Part shown: one piece after another, positions 29,100 through 40,090 of the stretch
Layout: each line of letters opens with the position of its first letter
Position numbering within the stretch: the first letter of the stretch is position 1
Source: an uncultured Planctomycetia bacterium
GTDB lineage: Bacteria; Omnitrophota; Gorgyraeia; Tantalellales; Tantalellaceae
Assembly: GCA_964409365.1 (NCBI GenBank)
Contig: CAYPCX010000001.1
Span: 128,684 to 192,683, forward strand
Direction: 5' to 3'
DNA length: 64,000 bases
Made by a program: the position numbers and the translations under genes
The notes under the pieces: generated by a model
What the model was told of the DNA's origin: nothing
The model's input: only the letters and a program-made list of their open reading frames with translations
Database searches by the model: none

Positions 29100-30621
29100 A
29101 GCGGTCTTTGTTTTTCTCTTTTTCGCGGCCCTGTACGCGGTTTTTTCGATAGGGCACTTCGGGGGCGACGGGTACCAGGACTACCTGATCGCGGAAAGCA
29201 TTGTCCTGGACGGGAACCTTTCGCTTTTTGACAGGCCGCAGGATAAGGATGACCTGGCATATGAGGCGGGATCCATCGGCAAGCGGGGCACGGACGGTAA
29301 GATCTATTCGTCGCGCAAGGGGTTCGGCGTGGCTTTTATACTCGTTCCTTTTTACCTGGCCGGCCACGTGGTGTCTTTCTTTTTCAAGGGAGTACCGCAT
29401 GATTACATTACGATGCTTTTTGTATCGTTCGCTAATCCGCTCATAACGGCGCTGAGCTGCATGATGGTGTTTTTCATAGCGGGCAGGCTGGGGTTCGGAT
29501 CGAGGCTTTCCGCATTATTGAGTTTAATCTACGGGCTTTCCACTATGGCGCCCGTGTACGCCAGGACGGGGTTCGGTGAACCTGTGATGGTCCTTTTCAT
29601 GCTGCTGGCGGTGCGCACCGCTCTTTGGTACGGCAAAGGCCCCGGCGTATACCGGATAGCTTTGACCGCGTTGTTGCTTTCGTGCATGTTCGTGTGCAAA
29701 ATATCGTCCCTTATATTCGTTCCGTGTTTTCTCGTATACGTGATATGGGTGATGAAAGGGGCGAAACTGTCCGTTTCCGCCCGGACGGGGCATTTTGTAT
29801 TGTTCTCGGGAGTGGTCCTTCTGGTGTTCTCCGCCATATTGGCGGCGAACTTTCTGCTGTTCGGCGACCCGTTCTCGTTCGGGGAGACAAAAGCTCTTTA
29901 TATCACGAAGAAAATAACCATGGCCCCGCACGTTATAAAGGGGTTTTATTATTACCTGGTAAGCACGGGCAAGGGGATGTTCCTCTATAACATACCTGTG
30001 ATACTGGCGTTATTAGCCGCGGGAAGGGCCTTCAAGGAAGATAAAAAAGCGGCGGTGCTTTTCCTTCTGATCTTCGCGGTGAACCTCCTGTTCTTCGCGA
30101 AGTCCTTCAGGCGGGGATCGCTTTTCAGCTGGGGCCCCAGGTATCTTTTACCGTCGGTTCCGCTTTTAGTGCTTCTTTCGGGGTATTTTCTGAGGGATAT
30201 CAGGGCAATGGCCCTGAAGGTCGCGGTCTTCCTGTCGGCGGCGGCGGGATTTCTTATAATGATACCCTGTATGCTGGTCAACCAGTCGAAATTCTATTTT
30301 TTCGTCGTCGAGAAACTGAAGCTTGAGGAATACATGATAAATTTCATGCCGGATCTTTGCCCTATAGGGGGTTCCTGGTGGATGCTTGTGAGCGGTATTG
30401 TTGAAAAGAGAGGGGGGGCGCCCCCGCTCTTTACGTACATGCCGGATTACCGGCTGGTCGAGCCGGTCAGTTCCGCCATGACAGGATACAACAACATGGA
30501 CCTGTGGTCCATCAAGGTGGCGAACCTGGCTCCTCAGTTCATGCCGTGCGTATACATATGCCTCGGCATACTGGGGGTCGTCGCGGCCTTTTCGTTCTAT
30601 AAAATAGTGTCCGAGAAATGA
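29086..30621 (+). CDS. Polytopic membrane protein, probable GT-C (lipid-carrier-dependent) glycosyltransferase
   Basis: TM1 followed by an acidic loop (GGDGYQD), about 11 TMs, WGPRYLLP motif. Confidence 0.65.
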   Translation: MMNSKAVFVFLFFAALYAVFSIGHFGGDGYQDYLIAESIVLDGNLSLFDRPQDKDDLAYEAGSIGKRGTDGKIYSSRKGFGVAFILVPFYLAGHVVSFFFKGVPHDYITMLFVSFANPLITALSCMMVFFIAGRLGFGSRLSALLSLIYGLSTMAPVYARTGFGEPVMVLFMLLAVRTALWYGKGPGVYRIALTALLLSCMFVCKISSLIFVPCFLVYVIWVMKGAKLSVSARTGHFVLFSGVVLLVFSAILAANFLLFGDPFSFGETKALYITKKITMAPHVIKGFYYYLVSTGKGMFLYNIPVILALLAAGRAFKEDKKAAVLFLLIFAVNLLFFAKSFRRGSLFSWGPRYLLPSVPLLVLLSGYFLRDIRAMALKVAVFLSAAAGFLIMIPCMLVNQSKFYFFVVEKLKLEEYMINFMPDLCPIGGSWWMLVSGIVEKRGGAPPLFTYMPDYRLVEPVSSAMTGYNNMDLWSIKVANLAPQFMPCVYICLGILGVVAAFSFYKIVSEK

Positions 30622-31523
30622 AGATAGATATACTGGTGCTCAATTACAACGGTAAAGACCTCATGGAAGCTTATCTGCCCTCGGTATGCGAGGCCGCGGA
30701 GCGCTCCGCGCATGAGTGCGAGGTGCATGTAGTGGACAACCTGAGTTCCGACGGGAGCGCGAGGGTAGTGCGCGAGGGTTTTCCCGCGGTCCGGCTGCAC
30801 ATAGCCCGGGAGAACAGGGTATTGTGCTCGTACAACGAGGTGGTAAGGGACCTTTCGAGCGACGTGGTCATATTCCTGAACAACGATATCAAGGTAGAGC
30901 CGGATTTTGTGGACATACTCGTGGGGCATTTCGAGAAAGAGGACGTCATGTTCGCGGCGCCGCGCCTCATGAACTTCGACGGCACGTATAACGGGGGAAG
31001 GTCCTTCCTCAAGTTCGACAAGGGGGCCGTGAAGGTGATGGTCGACGAGGATAATTTCAAAAGGCCGGGCGGAACATGCGCCATATCGACAGGGGCGTTC
31101 AGACGAAGCGCGTTTCTGGATCTCGGAGGGTTTGATGACTTGTACCTCCCGGGCATATGGGAGGACGTGGATATATGTTTCAGGGGCCAGATCCTCGGAT
31201 GGAAAGGCGTGTATGAACCGGACAGCGTCATCTGGCATGACGAGTCTACCACTTTCCACAGGGAATACGGCAAGAAGGGCAAGATGAGGATAGCGCACAG
31301 GAATATGTTCCTTTTCTTCTGGAAGAACATAACCGACCCGGGTATGTTCGCGGGGCACCTGGTCTGGACGGTCCCGCGGGCCGCGGTGTTGGCGCTGAAA
31401 GGAAAAACAGAGATCATGGAAGGGCTTTTGATGGCCATAAGGCGCATGCCGCTTGTCATCGGGAAAAGGAAGCATCTAAAAAAGGAAAGCAGGATCAAAA
31501 GGGACAGGGACCTTATAGGATAA
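30618..31523 (+). CDS. Glycosyltransferase family 2
   Basis: VLNYNG, VVDNLSSD, FLNND and GGFD...WEDVD motifs. Confidence 0.9.
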   Translation: MKIDILVLNYNGKDLMEAYLPSVCEAAERSAHECEVHVVDNLSSDGSARVVREGFPAVRLHIARENRVLCSYNEVVRDLSSDVVIFLNNDIKVEPDFVDILVGHFEKEDVMFAAPRLMNFDGTYNGGRSFLKFDKGAVKVMVDEDNFKRPGGTCAISTGAFRRSAFLDLGGFDDLYLPGIWEDVDICFRGQILGWKGVYEPDSVIWHDESTTFHREYGKKGKMRIAHRNMFLFFWKNITDPGMFAGHLVWTVPRAAVLALKGKTEIMEGLLMAIRRMPLVIGKRKHLKKESRIKRDRDLIG

Positions 31524-32227
31524 TGAAGATAACGATCCTTACAAGTGACATACTTGACGGTCTGGTGATATCCCAGCGCATCATTGACGCGGGGAAGGAT
31601 GTGAAGGCCATACTGTATGAGACTAAAAAAAAGACCTGGAAGGCGCTTCTCAAGCGCTTTCTGTATCTTTTGAAGGGCGAGATAAGGCATCTGGGCTACA
31701 GGGGCATGGCAAAGGCCAGGCCCGGGCTCAGGGTAGAAGAGGTAAGTGACATGAACTCCGGAAGGGCTAAAAAAGTCCTGGAGGAAGTAAAGCCGGACCT
31801 TATTGTCGTCGCCGGGACCGGGAAGCTGAAAAAAGAGATATACAGTTCGGCGGCGAAAGGCGCTATAAACATGCACTCGGGGATCCTTCCGTATTACAGA
31901 GGAGCCGATTCGGAGTTCTGGGCGCTTTACAACGGCGAGGCCGACAGGATAGGCGTCACGATACATTTCATAGACGAACGCCTCGACGCGGGGGACATGA
32001 TACTGCAGGAGAGGTTGAGGGTGGGGTCCCGCGATGATTTCAAGAAGCTGAGGATGAAGAACATATCCCTGGGAAGCCGTAAGATGGTGGAAGCTATCGA
32101 ACTTATCGAGAAGGAAGGGCACAAAAGGATGCCGCAGGACGAGAGCGTCGCGAGGACTTACAGGACGCATACAGCGAGAGACCAAGCCGTTTACCTGGAA
32201 AGGACGAGAACATGCGCAAAAAAGTAA
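31523..32227 (+). CDS. Formyltransferase (N10-formyl-THF dependent family)
   Basis: INMHSGILPYYRG and GVTIHFIDERLDAGD motifs. Confidence 0.85.
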   Translation: MKITILTSDILDGLVISQRIIDAGKDVKAILYETKKKTWKALLKRFLYLLKGEIRHLGYRGMAKARPGLRVEEVSDMNSGRAKKVLEEVKPDLIVVAGTGKLKKEIYSSAAKGAINMHSGILPYYRGADSEFWALYNGEADRIGVTIHFIDERLDAGDMILQERLRVGSRDDFKKLRMKNISLGSRKMVEAIELIEKEGHKRMPQDESVARTYRTHTARDQAVYLERTRTCAKK

Positions 32228-33222
32228 GCGTGTTAAAGGAATTCGGTTTCGAAGGGCTGAAGGTCAGGGAGACCGTGGCGCAGGAGCCGACGATACTCAA
32301 AGGGGGCAGGCGCACCGGTTTTCCGAGCGACCTTTTCTGCCTGAGGATCGACGCGGACGAGTACAATAAAGAGGCATTCGAGGCTTACTATCCGGTTTTC
32401 GAGAGATACGCCGGCTGCATAACCATATTTTTTAACGGCAACTCTTTCAGGACGGCGACGGACCAGATATTAAGATGCAAGGCAACGGGGCTGGACGTCC
32501 AATCCCATTCTTTTTATCACTATATTTACAGCGATTATGAAAGCAACAGGCGTAATGTAGCCAAGGCCAGGGATTTTTTCAGCAGGCTGGGCATTGACAC
32601 GGTGGGTTTTGCCGCTCCGATGGGTTGGTGGAATCATGGCCTGATGAAGGCCCTGGAAGACGAGGGTTACGCGTATTCGTCGGATTTTTCCTACGACTAC
32701 ATGTCGCTGCCGAGTTACCCGAGGCTGGGAGAGGTGACTTCCAGGGTCCTGGAAATACCGGTGTTCCCGGTAGCCCCGGAGCTTTTCTGGGAGGGAAACG
32801 AGCCGGATGTGGGAGCTGTGTTCGAATATTACAAACAGGCTATAGATGAGATGGTCCGCTGCGGGGTGCCCGTGATAATCTATGCGCATACCAGTACCGG
32901 ACTTTCGGCCATACCGGGTCTTCTGGGAGCGATCTGCCGTTACGCGCTCGAGAGAAAACAACTGAGGCCTGCCACGATGACCGGTATCTACGAGGAATGG
33001 ACAAAGAAGGGCATGCAATGGTTCGCCGCCATCTCGGGAGAGAGAGAAGTGCCCGCCGTCCCGGAAGAGTTCATAGGCCGGGAGGTGAAGGTGCCTTTCT
33101 TTAAGTCGCTGAAAGAAAGTATCAAAAAAAGAATAGATTTCGAAAAGATAACGCCCTATGAAGAATTGGAGTGCGCCCTGCCGAAGAAGGTGATAAAATT
33201 ACTTGCCAGGAAGCTCACTTAA
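32212..33222 (+). CDS. Polysaccharide deacetylase-family (CE4-like) protein
   Basis: RIDAD, HSFYH, GFAAP, YSSD and YAH motifs. Confidence 0.75.
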   Translation: MRKKVSVLKEFGFEGLKVRETVAQEPTILKGGRRTGFPSDLFCLRIDADEYNKEAFEAYYPVFERYAGCITIFFNGNSFRTATDQILRCKATGLDVQSHSFYHYIYSDYESNRRNVAKARDFFSRLGIDTVGFAAPMGWWNHGLMKALEDEGYAYSSDFSYDYMSLPSYPRLGEVTSRVLEIPVFPVAPELFWEGNEPDVGAVFEYYKQAIDEMVRCGVPVIIYAHTSTGLSAIPGLLGAICRYALERKQLRPATMTGIYEEWTKKGMQWFAAISGEREVPAVPEEFIGREVKVPFFKSLKESIKKRIDFEKITPYEELECALPKKVIKLLARKLT

Positions 33223-33252
33223 CGGGGGTCCAGCTTAAGGAGGTATGAGAAG

Positions 33253-34221
33253 ATGAAAAGTTTCTACAAGAGTAAAAGGGTCCTGGTGACGGGGGCCGAC
33301 GGTTTCATGGGGTCTCACCTGACGGAAAGGCTTCTCGATGAAGGGGCCAAAGTATCGGTATTCGTAAGAGGCAGTTCCACTTCCGGCACGACCCAGTATA
33401 CCCTGAAGAACCTTGAACGGGCGGAGAAAAAGCTCGATGATATACTGACCGGCGATATCGGTTCACCGGACGCGCGGGCCCTTGTGATGAAGAACAGGCC
33501 CGATATCGTTTTCCACCTGGCGGCGGACGCCTATGTGCCGAACTCTTTTGACCACCCGCTCGAGGTCATGGAGACCAATGTCATAGGCACGCTGAACATG
33601 CTGCACGCCGTCAAGGAATCGAAGACCATCAAGCGCGTGGTATGCACTTCCTCCAGCGAGATATACGGTATGACCATAGGGGGATCGATCGACGAGGAGC
33701 ACCCGCTTTACCCTTCTTCACCTTACGCGGCGAGCAAGGTAGCCGCCGACAGGTACTGTTATTCATACTGGAACACCTATCGCCTGCCGATCGCTATCGT
33801 GCGGCCTTTCAACACTTATGGCCCGAGGCATACTTACGACGTTATCCCGAAGTTCATCGACCTCGCCCTTTCGGACAAGCGGCTTACAGTGCACGGCAGC
33901 GGCAGGCAGTCGAGGGATTTTACTTATGTTGACGATATGATAGAGGCCTTTTTAGTTATGGGCAGGCACAAACGCGCCGTCGGCAAGGCGGTCAATTTTG
34001 GCACCGGTGAAGCGATCACGGTCAATTACATAGCCAGAAAGATCAAGCAGCTTTCCGGTTCCCGTTCGAGAATAGTGCATGTCGAGGACAGGAAGGCGCA
34101 GGTGCCGAAACTTCTTTGTGATTATTCACTCGCGAAAAAACTTTTCGGATGGAGGCCCAAAGTGTTCATAGACGAAGGACTCAGGAGGAACATAGAATGG
34201 GAAAAGGCGAACAGGCAGTAA
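33253..34221 (+). CDS. NDP-sugar 4,6-dehydratase/epimerase
   Basis: [32 protein letters not shown] and RDFTYV motifs. Confidence 0.9.
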   Translation: MKSFYKSKRVLVTGADGFMGSHLTERLLDEGAKVSVFVRGSSTSGTTQYTLKNLERAEKKLDDILTGDIGSPDARALVMKNRPDIVFHLAADAYVPNSFDHPLEVMETNVIGTLNMLHAVKESKTIKRVVCTSSSEIYGMTIGGSIDEEHPLYPSSPYAASKVAADRYCYSYWNTYRLPIAIVRPFNTYGPRHTYDVIPKFIDLALSDKRLTVHGSGRQSRDFTYVDDMIEAFLVMGRHKRAVGKAVNFGTGEAITVNYIARKIKQLSGSRSRIVHVEDRKAQVPKLLCDYSLAKKLFGWRPKVFIDEGLRRNIEWEKANRQ

Positions 34222-34712
34222 AGATACACCCCACGGCCATAGTGTCGGAAGCGGCCAGGATAGGAGAAGGCACCGTTATCTGGGCCTATGCCCAGGTCAT
34301 GGAAGGCGCCAGGGTGGGCAAGAACTGCGTGCTGGGTAACGGCGTGTACGTTGACAGGAACGTCAGGATAGGCAATAACGTGAAAATACATAACAAATCC
34401 TGCATATACCACGGCAACGTTATAGAGGATAACGTTTTCATCGGCCCTCAAGTGTGCCTGGCGAACGACAGGTACCCGGCTCATGATACGACCAGGGACC
34501 TTAAGGGCGTGTCCTGGCGCGTGAAAAATGGGGCCTCGATAGGCGCGAACGTCACGGTCCTTCCTGACGTCAATATAGGTAAAAACTCTGTAATAGGAGC
34601 GGGTTCAGTGGTGACAAGGGACGTGCCGGACAATACGGTATGTTACGGCAACCCGGCCAAGGTAAAAGGTTCCGTGAAAAGAAGGACAAAAACCATCAGG
34701 AGAAAGAAATGA
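34197..34712 (+). CDS. Hexapeptide-repeat (LbH) N-acyltransferase, WbpD/FdtC-like
   Basis: IHPTAIV, hexapeptide repeats, [11 protein letters not shown]...GNPA; AGGAGG upstream of ATG 34197. Confidence 0.88.
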   Translation: MGKGEQAVKIHPTAIVSEAARIGEGTVIWAYAQVMEGARVGKNCVLGNGVYVDRNVRIGNNVKIHNKSCIYHGNVIEDNVFIGPQVCLANDRYPAHDTTRDLKGVSWRVKNGASIGANVTVLPDVNIGKNSVIGAGSVVTRDVPDNTVCYGNPAKVKGSVKRRTKTIRRKK

Positions 34713-35887
34713 AGATAATACCGGATAAGGTGGATGGTATAACCCTTGCAAGGGAATGGATGATAAATTCAGGGATACAGAACACCGAGGGTATCAACCG
34801 CGGCGGATTCAATTCCTGGTATGACACGGCGAGCGGAGATTATTCTTACGTATATTCCGAGATAACCGGGTACGGGATAACCACGCTTCTTTTTCTCGAG
34901 AAGATATATTCGGACAAGGAATACCTCAAGAGGGCGATCATCGCGGCCAACTGGCTTGCTTCACGGGCGGTCCACTCGATCGGCGGGGTAAAGACCAGGG
35001 ATTATATACAGGAAATGGAGGAGGCGCACCTTTATTCATTTGACAGCGAGAACATATACGCTTTTGATAACGCCATGGTCCTGTACGGGATGGTAAACCT
35101 TTACAAGCGGACGCAGGATAAGAAGTTCCTCGAGTTCTCCCTGTGGATGGGTGATTTCCTTGTGAAAAGGCTCAAAAAGGACGACGGTTCGTTCTACGCC
35201 GTTTACAACGCCGGTACCGGAGAGAAAGAGGACCGGACGGCGAAGTGGTCCACGCAGAGCGGGAGTTACCATGCAAAGATGGCGCTGGGGTTCATAGACC
35301 TTTTTGACGCCACGGGTATAAGTACTTACGGTGATGTTGCTTATGATCTCTGTAAGTGGAGCATGGAACAGCAGGATTTCTCCGGCAGGTTCATTACTTC
35401 CCGCGCGGATTCAAGCACGCATCTTCATCCGCATTGCTACACGGCGGCGGGGCTGCTTTACGCCGGGCTTTATTTCGGTGACGAGGGCTTTACCAGAAGC
35501 GCCGTGAAAGCCATGAAATGGGCGCTCGACAACGTCCGGTTGGACGGCGGGATACCCAAAATGTACGACGGCAGGCAATTCAACCGCAATTGCAGGACCG
35601 ATATCATGGCGCAGGTACTGCGGCTCGGCGTCATACTGTACCACAAGGGCAGGCTGGAAGAGGCCTACCGGCGCAAGTTAGACGCCCTGAGGAAGGCTCT
35701 TCTCAGACAGCAGTATCTCGGGGACGACAGCCAGAAGGGAGGGTTCTTTTACGGCGCCACCCTTGACGGCATAAAAAAGAAACATATCAATTCCTGGTGT
35801 TCGATGTTCGCCCTCCAGGCGCTCATCATGTACCAGGAGTATCTTGTGGAGAACAGGGAAATAGAAAAACTGGAGCTTTTTGTCTGA
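34709..35887 (+). CDS. Hypothetical protein, probable alpha/alpha-toroid (six-hairpin glycosidase/AGE-like) fold
   Basis: Repeated helical pairs with W...Q..DG-type turns and a YSEITGY motif; translationally coupled on both sides. Confidence 0.55.
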   Translation: MKIIPDKVDGITLAREWMINSGIQNTEGINRGGFNSWYDTASGDYSYVYSEITGYGITTLLFLEKIYSDKEYLKRAIIAANWLASRAVHSIGGVKTRDYIQEMEEAHLYSFDSENIYAFDNAMVLYGMVNLYKRTQDKKFLEFSLWMGDFLVKRLKKDDGSFYAVYNAGTGEKEDRTAKWSTQSGSYHAKMALGFIDLFDATGISTYGDVAYDLCKWSMEQQDFSGRFITSRADSSTHLHPHCYTAAGLLYAGLYFGDEGFTRSAVKAMKWALDNVRLDGGIPKMYDGRQFNRNCRTDIMAQVLRLGVILYHKGRLEEAYRRKLDALRKALLRQQYLGDDSQKGGFFYGATLDGIKKKHINSWCSMFALQALIMYQEYLVENREIEKLELFV

Positions 35888-37011
35888 TGAAGAAAAGAAA
35901 ATTAGCGTTCGTATTCGGCACGAGGCCTGAAATAATAAAACTGAGCTCGACCATCCGGGAATGCGTTGAAAAGAAAATAGATTTTTTTACCGTGCATACC
36001 GGACAGCATTACTCGCACAACATGTTCAAGCTCTTCCTTAACGAGCTTAAACTGCCGCGGCCGGACTTTAACCTTAACGTCAAGTCAAAGGCGCCGTACA
36101 GGCAGGGTGACCATACCGGCAGGATGATGGCCAGGCTCGAGGAGATATTCCTCAAAGAGAAGCCGACCGTCGTGCTTGTCCAGGGCGATACCAACACGGC
36201 GCTGGCCGGCGCGCTCACGACTTCCAAGATATCCACCACCAGGTCCTTTACCGGTTTTCACATAAGGCTCGCCCACGTGGAAGCCGGGCTGAGGAGCTAT
36301 GACAGGGGGATGCCGGAAGAGATCAACAGGGTAATATCCGACCACCTCTCCGATTATCTCTTCGCCCCGACCAGGAACGCGAAGGAAATAGCGCTCAGCG
36401 AAGGTATACCCGCGAAGAAGATATCGGTGACAGGGAACACTATAGTCGACGCAGTTCGGGAAGGCCTGTGGCTGGGCGAAAAAAAGGGAGATATCCTTTC
36501 AGGGTACGGCCTGAAAAAAGATTCGTACATGCTTCTCACTCTTCACAGGCAGGAGAACGTGGATAACAGGAAGCAGCTCATCAAGATACTGGCCGGCATC
36601 GAGAAGGTCGGCAAAAAACACAAACTGCCGGTCGTTTTTCCGATACATCCGCGCACAGTGAAGATGTTCAGGATATTCGATATCAAACCGCACGAAAGTA
36701 TACGTATCATAGAACCGTGCAGTTTCCTGGAGTTCCTCCGGCTGGAGGCCGGTGCACGGCTGATACTGACCGATTCAGGGGGTGTCCAGGAGGAGGGATG
36801 CGTGATGCGCGTCCCGTGCGTAACGCTCAGGAACTCCACGGAAAGGCCGGAGACGGTCGAAGTGGGCGCGAACGTGATCGCGGGAGTGGCCCCCAGGACG
36901 ATAGCCGCTTCCGTGGAGAATATGCTCGAAAAGAAAAGGAACTGGAGAAATCCGTTCGGCAACGGGGATTCCGGGAAAAAAATAATAAAGATACTGAAAA
37001 AAAGGGCGTGA
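35887..37011 (+). CDS. wecB: UDP-N-acetylglucosamine 2-epimerase (non-hydrolysing)
   Basis: GTRPEIIK, HTGQHY, VQGDT, HVEAGLRS, TDSGGVQEE and TERPE motifs. Confidence 0.95.
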   Translation: MKKRKLAFVFGTRPEIIKLSSTIRECVEKKIDFFTVHTGQHYSHNMFKLFLNELKLPRPDFNLNVKSKAPYRQGDHTGRMMARLEEIFLKEKPTVVLVQGDTNTALAGALTTSKISTTRSFTGFHIRLAHVEAGLRSYDRGMPEEINRVISDHLSDYLFAPTRNAKEIALSEGIPAKKISVTGNTIVDAVREGLWLGEKKGDILSGYGLKKDSYMLLTLHRQENVDNRKQLIKILAGIEKVGKKHKLPVVFPIHPRTVKMFRIFDIKPHESIRIIEPCSFLEFLRLEAGARLILTDSGGVQEEGCVMRVPCVTLRNSTERPETVEVGANVIAGVAPRTIAASVENMLEKKRNWRNPFGNGDSGKKIIKILKKRA

Positions 37012-38060
37012 GTTTTAAGGTGAAGGTGGCTTTTTTCGTATATCCGTCGGCGTTCCAGAACAGGGGAGGAGGGGAAATACTTCTCGAGAAGACGGAAGAA
37101 TACCTGCTCAAGAAAGGCGTCGATATCGGCAGGTTCGATATGTGGAGCGACTCGATCGCCGATTTCGATATACTCCACGTGTTCGGTTCAGTGAAAGATT
37201 GTCTTGCGTTAATGCAGGTAGCCAGTTCCCGGGGAGTCAAGGTGGTGCTCGAATCCATCTTCTGGTCGGATCTCAGGAGGGCGTTCTATGAGGAAGCGGG
37301 TACGCTCAAAAGGGCCGAGATGATCGCCAGGCACCTTGTGAAAAGCCTTATCCCGGCTTTCCCGTCTTCCAGGCGGAAGATGTTCACGGTCTCGGATATC
37401 ATATTCCCGAACTCCGAGAACGAGGCGAAGCAGATATCGCGTCTTTTCGCCGTGCCGATGGATAAGATGTTCGTCGTACCCAACGGGGTCGACAAAGCGT
37501 TCGCGGATGCCACGCCGGAAGCTTTCCTGGAGAAATACGGCCTGGAGGATTTCGTCCTTTCCGTGGGAAGGATAGAGCCGAGAAAGAACCAGCTGAACCT
37601 TATAAGGGCCATGAAGGGGATAGACAGGGACCTTGTGCTTATAGGCGATATCGTGTCCGGTTATGAGTGGTACCATAAGAGGTGCATGGAAGAGGCGGAC
37701 CACCACGTACATTTTATAAAGGCTTTTGACCACCGGTCGGATCTTCTGCGGTCGGCATACGCGGCCTGTGACCTGTTCGTCCTGCCGGGATGGTTCGAGA
37801 CGCCCGGCCTGGCGGCCCTGGAAGCGGCCCTGGCCGGGGCGAAGGTAGTAGCTACCGACGGCGGGAGCACGCGGGAATATTTTCACGACAAGGTGGATTA
37901 TATCAGGCCGAACGACCCCGCGGACATACGCGACAAGATACGTAAAGCACTGGACCGCGGAAAGGATAATGAACTCAGGGAACTGGTCAGGGGATCATAT
38001 ACATGGGACAAGGTAGCTGAAAAAATAATAGAAGGGTACGCAATGGTGCTGAAAAAATGA
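37008..38060 (+). CDS. Glycosyltransferase family 4
   Basis: VPNGVD, VGRIEPRKNQ and ETPGLAALEA motifs; GTG 37008 overlaps the wecB stop. Confidence 0.88.
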   Translation: MSFKVKVAFFVYPSAFQNRGGGEILLEKTEEYLLKKGVDIGRFDMWSDSIADFDILHVFGSVKDCLALMQVASSRGVKVVLESIFWSDLRRAFYEEAGTLKRAEMIARHLVKSLIPAFPSSRRKMFTVSDIIFPNSENEAKQISRLFAVPMDKMFVVPNGVDKAFADATPEAFLEKYGLEDFVLSVGRIEPRKNQLNLIRAMKGIDRDLVLIGDIVSGYEWYHKRCMEEADHHVHFIKAFDHRSDLLRSAYAACDLFVLPGWFETPGLAALEAALAGAKVVATDGGSTREYFHDKVDYIRPNDPADIRDKIRKALDRGKDNELRELVRGSYTWDKVAEKIIEGYAMVLKK

Positions 38061-38743
38061 AACTATCCGTTTTATTGCCTGTCTATAATGAATCAAAGAC
38101 GCTCCTGGACCTCCTGGACAGGGTAGGCGAGGTGGACCTCGACAAGGAGATCGTGCTGGTGGATGACTATTCCACCGACGGGACCAGGGAACTCCTTAAG
38201 GAGAAAGTGGAGAACGTCCGTGAAGGGGTAAGGGTCTTTTATCACCCGAGGAACATGGGTAAGGGCAGCGCCGTAAGGACCGCTCTTGAGAACGCCATGG
38301 GGGACTACTGTATAATACAGGACGCCGATCTCGAATATGACCCGTTCGATTACAAGCCGCTTTTCGAATATGTCCGGGAGAACGGCTGCGAAGTTATATA
38401 TGGTTCCAGGTTCCTTAAGACGTGGCGTTCGACCTCCCCGTGGCATTTCGCGGTCAACAAGTTCCTGACGGTCCTGACCAACATCCTGTTCGGAGGGACG
38501 CTTACCGACATGGAGACCTGTTACAAGATGGTGAGGACCGATCTCATGCGGTCGCTTGACCTGAAAGCGGAGAGGTTCGAGCTTGAACCCGAGATAACCG
38601 CGAAGATACTCAAGAAAGGATACCGCATACCGGAGATACCCATATCTTATCGCGGGCGCGGGTATGACGAGGGGAAAAAGATCACCTGGAAAGACGGGGT
38701 AGAAGCGGTTCTCATTCTTTTCCGGATGAGGTTTTTACGATAA
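38057..38743 (+). CDS. GT2, DPM1/ArnC-like polyprenol-phosphate glycosyltransferase
   Basis: PVYNE, DDYSTDGT, QDADLEYDP, DMETCYK and GKKITWKDG motifs. Confidence 0.9.
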   Translation: MKLSVLLPVYNESKTLLDLLDRVGEVDLDKEIVLVDDYSTDGTRELLKEKVENVREGVRVFYHPRNMGKGSAVRTALENAMGDYCIIQDADLEYDPFDYKPLFEYVRENGCEVIYGSRFLKTWRSTSPWHFAVNKFLTVLTNILFGGTLTDMETCYKMVRTDLMRSLDLKAERFELEPEITAKILKKGYRIPEIPISYRGRGYDEGKKITWKDGVEAVLILFRMRFLR

Positions 38744-40089
38744 TGAAACGCGACATTACGATACTTCTCATCGTCTCTTGCGTCTTACTGCTCGTCAATC
38801 TCGGGGCGGGTAGCCTGAGTTCCTGGGATGAGGCCGTCTATGCCCAGGTGTCCAGGGAGATGTTCCGGACAGGAGATTGGATAGACCTGAGATGGGGAGG
38901 AAGCTCCTGGAGCGATAAACCCCCCTTGTATATGTGGCTCACCGCCTTCTTTTACTGTTTTTTCGGTGTGAACGAGTTCTCGGCCCGCCTTTTCTCGGCC
39001 CTTTGCGGCATGGGCGTGATAATAGTGACGTATCTTCTGGGGAGGAAGCTTTTTTCACGGAGGACCGGGCTCCTGGCAGCGATCATGATGATGAGCACGT
39101 ACCATTTTGTCTGGTTCAGCAAGATGGGAACGCTTGACGTAGCTTTCACTTTGTTCTCGTTGCTTTCAGTATATTTTTTCCTGCTGGCGGGAAAGGACAG
39201 GGTGAATATGATATATTCTGCAATAGCTTTCAGCCTTGCCTTTCTTACGAAGGGGGGCGGGGCGCTCCTTATACCGATCGCGTTCGGTCTTTACGTGCTG
39301 GTAAGAAGGGACTGGCGCCTGGTCGTCAACCGTTACACTTTGATCGGGGCGGCCATATTTTTGGTCACCGTGGGCGGCTGGTACTTCGCGGTGCTCCGCT
39401 GCGGCCACGATGTCGTAAAGGGGCATTTCTTCCAGCACCTTGTGCACCGGACCGTTACGGTGATGGACGGCCATCAGGGGAACCTTTTGACCTATATAAA
39501 TGTCGTCCTTTACAAAGGGAAACCCTGGGGGTTCCTGGCCCTCGCGAGCCTGCCTTTTTTTATTTACCGGACGCTGAAAAAGCGCGAGTTCGAGAACCTC
39601 ATCATCATCTCGTGGATATTGGTCGTGCTTTTTGTGTTCACCGCGGTCAGGACGAAGCTTCACTGGTACATAATGCCGGTCTACCCGGCCATGATGGTGG
39701 TGGCCGCGTGGAGCGCTGACTGGATGTTCGGACGCCGTTCGGTGCCGGTCGTGGCCGTGATAGCTTTTTTGTGTATTGTTTATTTCGGCGTGAAAAAAGA
39801 CATATTCTCGCTGGATTTTAACCCGGAAGTTAAAGGGTTTTCGGAAAAAGTAACGGCGCGCCTTGCTGAAGGGCAGGACGTCTACCTTTACAACGTGGCG
39901 GATCCCGGGATGATGTACTATTTCGGCGGTGTTGCGAGGAATGTGCATAACGAAAGGCTTGAACCCGAGCTGGCCGTCCGTAAAGGAGTGGTAATAGTCA
40001 CGACGAAGGAAGAGTTCGATTCTTCCGGCGTGAGGGGGAAATTACTGGCTTCTTCCGGGTCGGGATACGTAGCGGTCGTGACGGAATGA
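38743..40089 (+). CDS. ArnT/PMT-like (GT83/GT39) membrane glycosyltransferase
   Basis: WDEAVYA, DKPPL.MW, ARLFSAL, LTKG and KLHWYIMP motifs; many TMs. Confidence 0.88.
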   Translation: MKRDITILLIVSCVLLLVNLGAGSLSSWDEAVYAQVSREMFRTGDWIDLRWGGSSWSDKPPLYMWLTAFFYCFFGVNEFSARLFSALCGMGVIIVTYLLGRKLFSRRTGLLAAIMMMSTYHFVWFSKMGTLDVAFTLFSLLSVYFFLLAGKDRVNMIYSAIAFSLAFLTKGGGALLIPIAFGLYVLVRRDWRLVVNRYTLIGAAIFLVTVGGWYFAVLRCGHDVVKGHFFQHLVHRTVTVMDGHQGNLLTYINVVLYKGKPWGFLALASLPFFIYRTLKKREFENLIIISWILVVLFVFTAVRTKLHWYIMPVYPAMMVVAAWSADWMFGRRSVPVVAVIAFLCIVYFGVKKDIFSLDFNPEVKGFSEKVTARLAEGQDVYLYNVADPGMMYYFGGVARNVHNERLEPELAVRKGVVIVTTKEEFDSSGVRGKLLASSGSGYVAVVTE

Positions 40090-40090
40090 T

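Noticed and set aside
30671-32185. 504-aa minus-strand ORF (likewise 39998-41185, 13586-14602, 43681-44691, 51543-52577)
   Set aside because: They lie entirely antisense to well-supported + strand genes and have no recognisable motifs; typical shadow ORFs
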